A stretch of DNA of 15,915 nucleotides from a virus. Both the position numbers and the translations under genes were made by a program. Position 1 is the first letter of the stretch. Each line of letters begins with the position of its first letter. The DNA lies in the IMG/VR virus record IMGVR_UViG_3300050495_000032; one strand, 5' to 3'. This document shows, one piece after another, positions 6,869 to 13,592 of the stretch. The notes below the pieces were generated by a model. That model saw only the letters and a list, made by a program, of their open reading frames with translations. It had not been told where the DNA came from and made no database searches.

Positions 6869-7663
6869 TTATTTTTTAGCCATCAAATAAAATAGCAACC
6901 CCAACCCACCAACGAATGCAAGCTTACGACGCCTTCCCAAAAAATTTTCCCCGCTAATTGCAACGGCGGTTAAACCTGCTAAGGCCGCCAAAGGCACTAT
7001 GTTGTTTTTAACAGCCGTCGAAAAATCGGTTTGTAATGGGGTTGTGGTTGTGGTAACCTGCGCAGCTGTTGGTGTCGTTGCGGTAGTGGTGGTTGTCGGG
7101 GTAGCCGTAAACACCACATTGCCCCCGGGATCTGAAGTTACCGGTGGTAGTGTTTGAACCTGCGGAATCGGGTCACTCACTGTTTGGGTTGCAGGATCCG
7201 CGCCGCCACTTTCGTAAAAGGTGCCGGAACTACCGCCGGCATAGCCCGCGGTATCTTTTGCCAATGCCGGTTCCTGCATATGAAGAAGTAACGCCCCAGC
7301 TGTGCCGGCGGCGTTCTCAATTCTTTGTATCTCGTAAAGAGGTAAGTAAGCTGTTGATGTGACGTGTTCAGGATCCTGCCATTTAAAAATGCTGCCATCG
7401 TTGGGGTAAACGTAGTAGCCGGCCGCTGTAATGTCGTTTATTGCGTGCGACATTAGCCAGTCGTACCGGGCCTGCATTTCTATGTGGTAGGCATCCTGCG
7501 ATGCTTGCTGCTGTTCCTGGTATATAGCAGGATCCGAAAAAGGAGAGGGCAGCACTGAAGTTGTTGGCGCATCAAGTAAAGTAATAGAAGGTGCGGAGTA
7601 AAGCGATAAGCCTACAGATCTGCCGTTATCTACGAAACCTCCAATATTTCTATATAATCCCAT
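6869..7663 (-). CDS. Membrane-anchored protein with a Thr-rich linker
   Basis: 264 aa. A globular N-domain is followed by TATPTTTTTATTPTAAQVTTTTTP and then two C-terminal hydrophobic segments (IVPLAALAGLTAVAI, LAFVGGLGLLFYLMA). Confidence 0.6.
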   Translation of the reverse strand: MGLYRNIGGFVDNGRSVGLSLYSAPSITLLDAPTTSVLPSPFSDPAIYQEQQQASQDAYHIEMQARYDWLMSHAINDITAAGYYVYPNDGSIFKWQDPEHVTSTAYLPLYEIQRIENAAGTAGALLLHMQEPALAKDTAGYAGGSSGTFYESGGADPATQTVSDPIPQVQTLPPVTSDPGGNVVFTATPTTTTTATTPTAAQVTTTTTPLQTDFSTAVKNNIVPLAALAGLTAVAISGENFLGRRRKLAFVGGLGLLFYLMAKK

Positions 7664-7693
7664 GCCTCACAATTTCAAACACACAAAAGAAAA

Positions 7694-8116
7694 TCAGTTC
7701 TTTTTGCTACTGAAATAGCCACGTATTAAAGCAGCACCTAAAACAGAGATAGCCACTACCGGCAACACCTGTGTAAGTATCTTTTCATACCACGTTTGTT
7801 CAGCGGCATTTTTATCGGCTTCGGTTTGTGCCCCCTGCGATTGCAGGACGTCAATATTAAAGTCCCCGCTGTGATGTGGCATGTAATAGTAATCCCCGGT
7901 TGCCCCTGGATAAAAGATCCACCATAACGTGTTTCGGTTTCGAGCGGGATCCTGATCCAACCAACCATATACTGTACCCGCTATATCCCCCGATTGAAAA
8001 GTACCTGCGGGGGTAGGTATATACCCTGTATCCGGCGGGTGTAAATAATAGGGCAACGCCTTGTTGGTAACAAGGGCCTTATCAATTATTTCTGAAGCAT
8101 CATATACATCAGCCAT
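7694..8116 (-). CDS. Hypothetical protein with a C-terminal TM anchor (140 aa)
   Basis: The track ORF start at 8203 overlaps the upstream gene by 86 nt. The ATG at 8116 (MADVYDASE) lies 1 nt after the upstream TAG. The C-terminal TM segment is ILTQVLPVVAISVLGAALI. Confidence 0.6.
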   Translation of the reverse strand: MADVYDASEIIDKALVTNKALPYYLHPPDTGYIPTPAGTFQSGDIAGTVYGWLDQDPARNRNTLWWIFYPGATGDYYYMPHHSGDFNIDVLQSQGAQTEADKNAAEQTWYEKILTQVLPVVAISVLGAALIRGYFSSKKN

Positions 8117-8117
8117 A

Positions 8118-8627
8118 CTACACAGGTTTGCGAACAATAACAGAAGGCGTACTACCGCTGCCGGGCGTAGGATCCAACCAAATCTCCCAATCACCATCTT
8201 CAATACTCACATAAACATGATATGGTTCCTTTGCCCTACCGTACCCCACAAAGCAAAATGACGCATCAAAGCAGCAGCCGTACAACCTATTGAGCGATCC
8301 GATTACCCCGGCATTAAAAAGCGCATAATGTTTGCAATCCCCATAACCCCGGTGTAAAATCCCAGTAGGAATTGCCGATGTTTGACTATCAACAGGTTCC
8401 TCCCGGTAATGTATGTAGCTTTTGCAAAAACTAAACAAACGATCCGCAACTACCAGCGGATCCCGATCGTAGAAGTAGTCACTGAATGTGTCGTAGTACT
8501 TCCCATACAACCGGTGAGCGTAACAGATCTCGTTAATGATATCGGGCACGTATTGCCGCTTAGTGACCAATTGCCATTCGTCACGGTACGTCGGCAGCCT
8601 CGACAAAACTTTATCCGCTGTTATCAT
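8118..8627 (-). CDS. Transglutaminase-like cysteine peptidase-fold protein
   Basis: The ordered Cys-His-Asp pattern of the transglutaminase-core superfamily is present: GYGDCKHYALF ... PYHVYVSIEDGDWEIWLDPT (G-x-C-x2-[FY]A, H-x-[WY]-x, DPT). Confidence 0.55.
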   Translation of the reverse strand: MITADKVLSRLPTYRDEWQLVTKRQYVPDIINEICYAHRLYGKYYDTFSDYFYDRDPLVVADRLFSFCKSYIHYREEPVDSQTSAIPTGILHRGYGDCKHYALFNAGVIGSLNRLYGCCFDASFCFVGYGRAKEPYHVYVSIEDGDWEIWLDPTPGSGSTPSVIVRKPV

Positions 8628-8632
8628 ACCCG

Positions 8633-9475
8633 TTAAAAATTTTCTTCGACTTCACTCCAAACAAACCACAAAGCAGCGCCAACAGCGGCCGCCTTTAACG
8701 GATCGGTTTTTACAAAGGATATGAATTTATCTAAAAGTGTTCCGGTACCCGTCGATGTGGTACCGGTTCCCGGATCGGTATCTATATCTGACGTAAGCCC
8801 CGTCGAAGGCCCAGCGGCCAACATTCCATTTACAAATTGCTGTCCGTTGAAACCGGGGCCTGTATAATACTTGTTCCTGTTTTGGTTATCGTCATCGTTG
8901 CGCATTTCAGGAACGGGCGCAACCAAAGGGTATTGGTCAAAAATTGAAAGGTTCCAGCACGTATTGTTGTATGTACTACCGGGAAAAAAGTTCTTTTTTA
9001 AAAACACAGCACGTTCAACCGCTGCCCGGGGTTGATCCATTCTATTTGGATTGTTATTATAATAAGCATCTACTCCTTGCTCAAGCCTCGTAAGGTCAAT
9101 ATCATTATTGATACGAACACCAAAAAGCATTGTAAACACCAAACGGGCCGTTGGAACAATTTCGTCGGGAACGTCATCGGGAACAATATTTCCCTGGCAT
9201 TGGATCTGATCAAGTAAACGCTCCCCCAACACATACTCGCCCGTTGAATACCGTCTACCGTTAATGATGGATCGAAACAACCCGGGCAGATCCCACAGCG
9301 CACCGCTGAAGTTCAACAAAGCGTCTTTAATCGGGCCATCCGGTAATATGCTGTTCCAAATACCGTTTCTAATTTTTACCAGATCCCCAACACTTAAGCC
9401 CGATGCCGTTGTACCGGATAATGGTACTTGACCCTGCGGTACCAGATTGCTATATAACCCGGTTGTAGTTGGCAT
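8633..9475 (-). CDS. Hypothetical virion protein with a C-terminal hydrophobic anchor (280 aa)
   Basis: Its ATG overlaps the upstream TAA as TAATG at 9477-9473. It has a TGTGTTSTGTGT linker followed by LKAAAVGAALWFVW. Confidence 0.6.
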   Translation of the reverse strand: MPTTTGLYSNLVPQGQVPLSGTTASGLSVGDLVKIRNGIWNSILPDGPIKDALLNFSGALWDLPGLFRSIINGRRYSTGEYVLGERLLDQIQCQGNIVPDDVPDEIVPTARLVFTMLFGVRINNDIDLTRLEQGVDAYYNNNPNRMDQPRAAVERAVFLKKNFFPGSTYNNTCWNLSIFDQYPLVAPVPEMRNDDDNQNRNKYYTGPGFNGQQFVNGMLAAGPSTGLTSDIDTDPGTGTTSTGTGTLLDKFISFVKTDPLKAAAVGAALWFVWSEVEENF

Positions 9476-9918
9476 TATACCCCCACGTTATATGTTAAGC
9501 TGAAAGGTTGCTGCATACCGTTTGCATTGACAGCACCGGCAACAACGAGCGCACGTTGACCAACACCACCCGTTAAAATTGCAATGATATCATTAACGAT
9601 TCCCAACGGTTGTAACCGTAGGGTTAACGGTATTTGCCCCTGACTGTTGGCCGGCACGGTTACAGGCACGAAATCGGACACATTTCCGATCAATGTGCCG
9701 TTGCTGGTCACAGATCCCGCCAAACTGTTAATTGTGAAAGTGAGATTGCTAGTGTTCTGAATTACGAGAGTTGCGTAAACTACAGGTGTTAAACCATCGA
9801 GAGAAATCCCGGTAATGTTACCCGGAAAGTAGGTTAAATTATTGGCTGCCCTTGATAAGTTCCATATGTAAATACCAGCAGCCCCCGCCAAAATCAACAG
9901 CACATCAAGCCCGGTCAT
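9475..9918 (-). CDS. N-terminally anchored membrane protein with a LEA_2/WHy-like beta-sandwich pattern
   Basis: The TM segment is LDVLLILAGAAGIYIW. It is followed by ATLVIQNTSNLTFTINSLAGSVTSNGTLIGN...VPANSQGQIPLTLRL, which resembles the LEA14/NDR1-type motif. This is the first gene of the structural block. Confidence 0.4.
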   Translation of the reverse strand: MTGLDVLLILAGAAGIYIWNLSRAANNLTYFPGNITGISLDGLTPVVYATLVIQNTSNLTFTINSLAGSVTSNGTLIGNVSDFVPVTVPANSQGQIPLTLRLQPLGIVNDIIAILTGGVGQRALVVAGAVNANGMQQPFSLTYNVGV

Positions 9919-10076
9919 CTCACAAAGGTTTATACAAGGAAGTTACGAATGGGGAAATATACCAACAATAGTAAGTTTACTAACGTTAAAACGCATCAGT
10001 AAAAAAATCATTACATTGGCCGTCCGCTTATTTTGGGCCAACCGTCGAAGTATTGCAGAAAAAAATATCTGTTATT

Positions 10077-10478
10077 TTACTGAAAATACCCACTCTGTCG
10101 ATGCAAAAGCACCTTTTTTATATCGTTTGGGCAAATTATTCTCCAATGTCCGGGTTCACCATGTACCGGTATTGAGAAACCGACTTGAAACATCTTCAAA
10201 CGCCGTTCCATACAGTCTTTATCTGTCAAATTGCGCCACCGGAGTAATTTCCACTCACTATCCATTACGTACTCACATTCGAGCGTCCACAGTTTACCGG
10301 CCGCGCCCATTTCCATCAACTCCTTTGCCACATCCGAGATATAGGATTTTGGCCCGTCGGGTACATCAAAGACCGGTTTTGGGTTTGTTTGCACCAACGT
10401 GTTTTTTTCCTGGATGTCTTTTTTTAATTGATCCATTCGCGCCTGTACTTCGGGCGTCGGTTTCTGCTCGTTGCTCAT
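10077..10478 (-). CDS. Hypothetical protein (133 aa); its 5' 113 nt overlap the Rep 3' end in another frame
   Basis: ATG at 10478 and TAA at 10077. The composition is well balanced and not shadow-like. No motif recognised. Confidence 0.55.
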   Translation of the reverse strand: MSNEQKPTPEVQARMDQLKKDIQEKNTLVQTNPKPVFDVPDGPKSYISDVAKELMEMGAAGKLWTLECEYVMDSEWKLLRWRNLTDKDCMERRLKMFQVGFSIPVHGEPGHWRIICPNDIKKVLLHRQSGYFQ

Positions 10479-11730
10479 TGTCGAAGGTTGTTTGAATGAA
10501 AGAATTTAGTATGTATAGGTGCTTTTCCAGCAAGGGCGGCGGCCCAAATAACCAGGGTACGAATGTTGCAAAGTTCATTTTGAACACGCGAACCCGATTA
10601 AGGAAAGATCCAAAGCCCAGGTTCTTAAATTCGGTAAGTGTAAATGTGACAGCTGTAAAAAGGCATGAAAAGCCACGGCTATTATGAAACGCCAAATGCG
10701 GGAACTCACTATCGTTTTTGGTAATGTACTTCGTCAGGTAGTTTGCCAATGCAACAGATCCCTTTTTGATTGCGAAATTGATAACGCGTTTTGTTTTGCG
10801 ATGCTTTGAAATGTCGACGCCGTTGTATTTTGAAATAGAAGGTAGGTAGTAGGTTTTGCCGTTATTGCCACATACAGCCCCAGGCATTGAACCCTTTTTG
10901 GCAAGGTTTTTTAAGATCTCCCGCATTCGAAGATTGGCATGGTGCACGTTCATGTAATGGGGAATAGCTATGTGAAAGTGTATTGTGTTTGTGGGATCCT
11001 TATCTTCTTTTAAACGGTCACCGGTTTGACGTTCAGCAATCCATAGGTAGTCCTTTAGCTTATTGGTTTGTCGTAACGTAGTTAACCACGTATTAAAAGC
11101 CTGATAGCAAACGTTATCGGGAGTATGAGCCGGGAACGTCACCGTCCAAAAAAACAGTTCTTTTTTGCCTTTTTGGGTGTTCAGGTAAGCCAAAATCCGA
11201 CCCCTTACCTTCGCCTTGTTAACCCTATACGACTTTTTCCGGTCTTTTTTAGTCAAAAGTTGTTCAGAATCAGGGGAAAAATTTTCTTGTGTGCCAATTT
11301 CTTGCGATATTGCACCCGAACCGCATAAATAGCGATCCGGTTCATCTAATAACAATAACTTTTGAAGGTTGGGGGGCGTCCCGACCTTCTTTTTTTTGCC
11401 CTTGTCTGTATCTGGTTTCTGCGATTCTTTTTTCAACTCTTTACTACTAAGCCATAAACGCCCATTGATGTCAACCGCGCACGCTTCAGATCCTTTGTAA
11501 CGCTCCTTAAACCTGCGTTCATGCAGGAATGTAACGCCCGTTGACGTTAGCTTTAGTTTTAGATCTGGATCCGACCCGCCGGTCATTGATGGTACTTCGC
11601 CTAACTTGATACCTGGAACATTTGGAACGCATGAACTGGGAATTTCGCCGCGAATTTTGCGGATATACGGTGGAGGCGGCTGTAAAGAGAAAGCAGATAG
11701 CGGATTGCTATCACATGCAGGGCGTTGCAT
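10366..11730 (-). CDS. Rolling-circle replication initiator (HUH endonuclease, phiX174 gpA-like two-tyrosine type)
   Basis: Motif I is FFWTVTF (11134-11154). Motif II, the HUH motif, is HFHIAI (10963-10980). Motif III is YLTKYITK (10717-10740), with two Tyr separated by three residues. The motifs occur in the canonical order. The ~190-aa N-terminal extension carries a Lys-rich tract. Confidence 0.85.
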   Translation of the reverse strand: MQRPACDSNPLSAFSLQPPPPYIRKIRGEIPSSCVPNVPGIKLGEVPSMTGGSDPDLKLKLTSTGVTFLHERRFKERYKGSEACAVDINGRLWLSSKELKKESQKPDTDKGKKKKVGTPPNLQKLLLLDEPDRYLCGSGAISQEIGTQENFSPDSEQLLTKKDRKKSYRVNKAKVRGRILAYLNTQKGKKELFFWTVTFPAHTPDNVCYQAFNTWLTTLRQTNKLKDYLWIAERQTGDRLKEDKDPTNTIHFHIAIPHYMNVHHANLRMREILKNLAKKGSMPGAVCGNNGKTYYLPSISKYNGVDISKHRKTKRVINFAIKKGSVALANYLTKYITKNDSEFPHLAFHNSRGFSCLFTAVTFTLTEFKNLGFGSFLNRVRVFKMNFATFVPWLFGPPPLLEKHLYILNSFIQTTFDNEQRAETDARSTGANGSIKKRHPGKKHVGANKPKTGL

Positions 11731-11768
11731 TGATAAACAATTAACTGATTAATAAAACAATAACGCAG

Positions 11769-11799
11769 CAAATATAGGGGAAAGTGGTTATAAAACAAC
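11769..11799 (-). promoter_or_regulatory. Candidate Bacteroidota-type promoter for rep (-7 TATATTTG, -33-like GTTG, 19-nt spacer)
   Basis: The minus strand reads GTTG-N19-TATATTTG, a perfect TAnnTTTG box. The box ends 38 nt upstream of the rep ATG. It is the only perfect TAnnTTTG I found in the intergenic upstream regions I scanned by eye. Confidence 0.35.
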
Positions 11800-12045
11800 A
11801 GCCTGTATAGACGCCCCAGGCGTTTCACCAGACACCATTGAGGTCGGCGCATCTATAAACGCGCAATCATGAGTTGTATCCGGGTTGTAACAAACTGAAA
11901 GGATCGGCAAAGCCGGCTTATAGAATCTGTTGTAACCAACGCTCAACATATCACTCTTAAGAACAGGTGCATCAGTAGGAAATGATTTTAAGTACTCGAT
12001 CAAATTACCAACGGTTACTATTTCTGTTATGTCGTTGTTACCCAT
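11788..12045 (-). CDS. Hypothetical protein (85 aa)
   Basis: ATG start, TAA stop, packed 13 nt after the upstream gene. Confidence 0.55.
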   Translation of the reverse strand: MGNNDITEIVTVGNLIEYLKSFPTDAPVLKSDMLSVGYNRFYKPALPILSVCYNPDTTHDCAFIDAPTSMVSGETPGASIQAVVL

Positions 12046-12058
12046 AGATGTACATGGT

Positions 12059-12373
12059 TTATCTATTAATAAAATGTAACATTGCCAATACCACGTTGAT
12101 AGTAGTCATTACCACAACAAACCAGAAACCAAACCACCAACGGGAATTTGCTGTTAACGGGATCCGTCGTTCGTCTATTTCCACAAAATCAGAATCATAG
12201 TACAGTCTTGTGTCGTTCGCCACATGCCACCCGCAATTCTCCAGGTAGGTGCCCACACGCCAGTAATCGGGGCCGCCCAAACGACCCGACCAAAGCACCC
12301 AGTAGTGGCCGCTCTTACGTCCACCCTTCGCCGAAGGCGAAAAAATTTTTTTATTTTGAGTAGTCAAAAGCAT
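12059..12373 (-). CDS. Hypothetical protein with a C-terminal TM segment (104 aa)
   Basis: ATG start. The Trp-rich soluble part is followed by WWFGFWFVVVMTTINVVLAMLHF. Confidence 0.55.
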   Translation of the reverse strand: MLLTTQNKKIFSPSAKGGRKSGHYWVLWSGRLGGPDYWRVGTYLENCGWHVANDTRLYYDSDFVEIDERRIPLTANSRWWFGFWFVVVMTTINVVLAMLHFINR

Positions 12374-12477
12374 CTAACTGGTTGTTTTAATTGATTGACC
12401 AACAATCGAGGGACGCGTATCGCAAGATTGTTGATTATGGTTTTAAATGCGCCCCCGGTTTCCACCGCGGGGCATTT

Positions 12478-12615
12478 TTATTCCTGGAATGCCACCAACA
12501 GATCTGCGTCTACCACTTGCCACATATCCGGGGTAAATGGAATCAGTTCAAATTGATCAGGATCCGCTACGGTGCCCCACGGCAAAGTTTCGAAAGATAG
12601 AATAGTAAGGATCAT
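12478..12615 (-). CDS. Possible 45-aa ORF (MILTILSFETLPWGTVADPDQFELIPFTPDMWQVVDADLLVAFQE)
   Basis: Hand-translated and below the track cutoff. It fills part of an otherwise empty 285-nt gap. An imperfect hairpin (12445-12478) follows it. Confidence 0.3.
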   Translation of the reverse strand: MILTILSFETLPWGTVADPDQFELIPFTPDMWQVVDADLLVAFQE

Positions 12616-12658
12616 TCCCAAAGTTACGGGGTCACCATGGAAAAAGAATGATCATTCA

Positions 12659-12862
12659 CTAATCGCTATTGCCTAACAGGTAGTAAGGTTCGTCGGCCGT
12701 TTCCGGGCCGTCGTAATCGCCGTCACTCATACAGTCCTGTATAGCCATAATCGTAATTTCCTTAATGCTCAGTTCCGGTTTCTTCTCTTTTTTCCGATTT
12801 TGTTTTTTCCTACGCTCCATTTGCTTCATGGCAGCGTCGTTGAATAGATATAACTGCACCAT
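12659..12862 (-). CDS. Hypothetical small protein (67 aa, basic KKQNRKKEKK tract then an acidic tail)
   Basis: The track ORF start at 12916 lies inside the large palindrome. I trimmed it to the ATG at 12862 (MVQLYLF). It ends TAG-TGA. Confidence 0.5.
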   Translation of the reverse strand: MVQLYLFNDAAMKQMERRKKQNRKKEKKPELSIKEITIMAIQDCMSDGDYDGPETADEPYYLLGNSD

Positions 12863-12876
12863 AGTAGCGTATTTTG

Positions 12877-12993
12877 GCCAACATAGCCTATAAACTTTCC
12901 TTCTGCATTGACGCACCGTTGATTTTGCCGGGCACCCCGGACAAAAATCAACAGTCCGTCAATGCAGAAGGAAAGTTTATAGGCTATGTTGGC
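12877..12993. repeat. 117-nt near-perfect palindrome (long hairpin/cruciform); candidate replication origin element
   Basis: The outer arms 12877-12913 and 12957-12993 are perfect 37-nt reverse complements. The inner arms are 12918-12926 and 12944-12952 (9 bp). The apex is ccggg-cac-cccgg (12928-12940). The element is essentially intergenic. Confidence 0.9.
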
Positions 12994-13247
12994 ATTTCGG
13001 AATTGTCGAAAGGATCTATCTTTCCTAAAACGGCATCGTTATACGCATCCACGCCCCGTTTAACAGCCTTTTCTGTTCGGTCATCCATCTTCATTGCCAA
13101 CCAAACACTAACCGCTAAATCGGCTTTATTACCATCCGTGCGTACAAATACCCTTCGATCACCGTCGGGTTGTTCGTAGAAAACAATCTCAATACGAGAT
13201 CTTCGCACGCTACCGGTCAGCAAACCCCAAAGTTTAGCCCTGATCAT
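12984..13247 (-). CDS. Hypothetical protein (87 aa)
   Basis: ATG start. The TAG stop and the last 10 nt lie inside the right arm of the palindrome. Confidence 0.55.
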   Translation of the reverse strand: MIRAKLWGLLTGSVRRSRIEIVFYEQPDGDRRVFVRTDGNKADLAVSVWLAMKMDDRTEKAVKRGVDAYNDAVLGKIDPFDNSEMPT

Positions 13248-13249
13248 AG

Positions 13250-13489
13250 TTAGAAGTTTTCAGGTTTGATATCAAAAAGGTGAGCAGCGCCCCGTTTCTC
13301 AACTGTATAATAAATACCGTAGAAATTAATAAAAGTCTCAATGTAAGTTACCACATCCCCAGGGTGCAGCGTAAATTCCGGTTCATTTTCCTTTTGATAC
13401 CCTTTACGGGGGTATTTGGTCATTTCGTGGGTGAAACGACTACAGACGCACTCTTTTTTTACGGTCAGTTTATCGCCTGCAATCGGCAT
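13250..13489 (-). CDS. Hypothetical protein (79 aa)
   Basis: The track start at 13495 is TTG, so I prefer the ATG at 13489 (MPIAGDK). The TAA stop lies 2 nt before the next ATG. Confidence 0.55.
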   Translation of the reverse strand: MPIAGDKLTVKKECVCSRFTHEMTKYPRKGYQKENEPEFTLHPGDVVTYIETFINFYGIYYTVEKRGAAHLFDIKPENF

Positions 13490-13592
13490 ACGCAAAAATT
13501 TAATCGTTTAACCATCAAGCCGTTAACTTTCCATTTTTTGAAAAGTTCGGCGCTTTATAAATCCATAGGGCCCGAAATTCAAAAGTTCATCC

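Noticed and set aside
10016-10042. The hairpin ttggcc-N14-ggccaa followed about 10 nt later by T7 on the minus strand, considered as a terminator between ORF 10077..10478 and the structural block.
   Set aside because: The stem is only 6 bp, the loop is 14 nt, and the T-run is not adjacent to the stem. That is too weak to call.
10016-10495. All plus-strand track ORFs: 1191..1547, 1833..2105, 2251..2580, 3007..3261, 4310..4585, 6414..6866, 6553..6879, 7144..7362, 8061..8261, 8382..8636, 9032..9217, 10016..10495, 11125..11328, 12148..12363, 12391..12600, 12874..13179, 13280..13639, 13670..13882, 13957..14268, 14123..14368 and 14812..15042.
   Set aside because: Each lies antisense to a longer or better-packed minus-strand ORF. 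The two I checked start at TTG (10016, 13957). Their compositions are low-complexity or Arg/Cys/Pro-rich, as is typical of shadow frames, and none has a recognisable motif. The minus-strand array alone tiles the genome.
10852-10869. GNNGKT in Rep, which looks like a P-loop.
   Set aside because: It does not fit GxxxxGK[ST], because only two residues lie between the glycines. It sits between HUH motifs II and III, where no NTPase domain is expected.
11603-11611. AACTTGATA on the plus strand inside the rep gene. As I recall the phiX174 origin core CAACTTG/ATATTAATAAC, this matches 9 nt of it, including the gpA nick site.
   Set aside because: It lies on the strand antisense to all genes, whereas known ssDNA phages nick and package the mRNA-sense strand. 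The match stops after 9 nt. A 9-mer is expected by chance about 0.1 times in 2 x 15.8 kb. It would be worth a glance only if nick mapping points here.
11735-11763. An (A/C)AACAAT motif recurring upstream of several starts (600, 5513, 9963, 11735, 11755, 12400, and inverted at 12426) as a possible common operator.
   Set aside because: The hexamer AACAAT is also frequent inside coding regions on the same strand, for example near 4103, 4876, 8135, 11350 and 13186. Intergenic enrichment therefore cannot be claimed by eye and needs a proper count.
12400-12433. An 8-bp inverted repeat, caacaatc...gattgttg, with an 18-nt spacer upstream of ORF 12059..12373, considered as a possible operator.
   Set aside because: It is short, occurs once, and is built from the generally common AACAAT word. 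No HTH regulator is recognisable in the genome to bind it.
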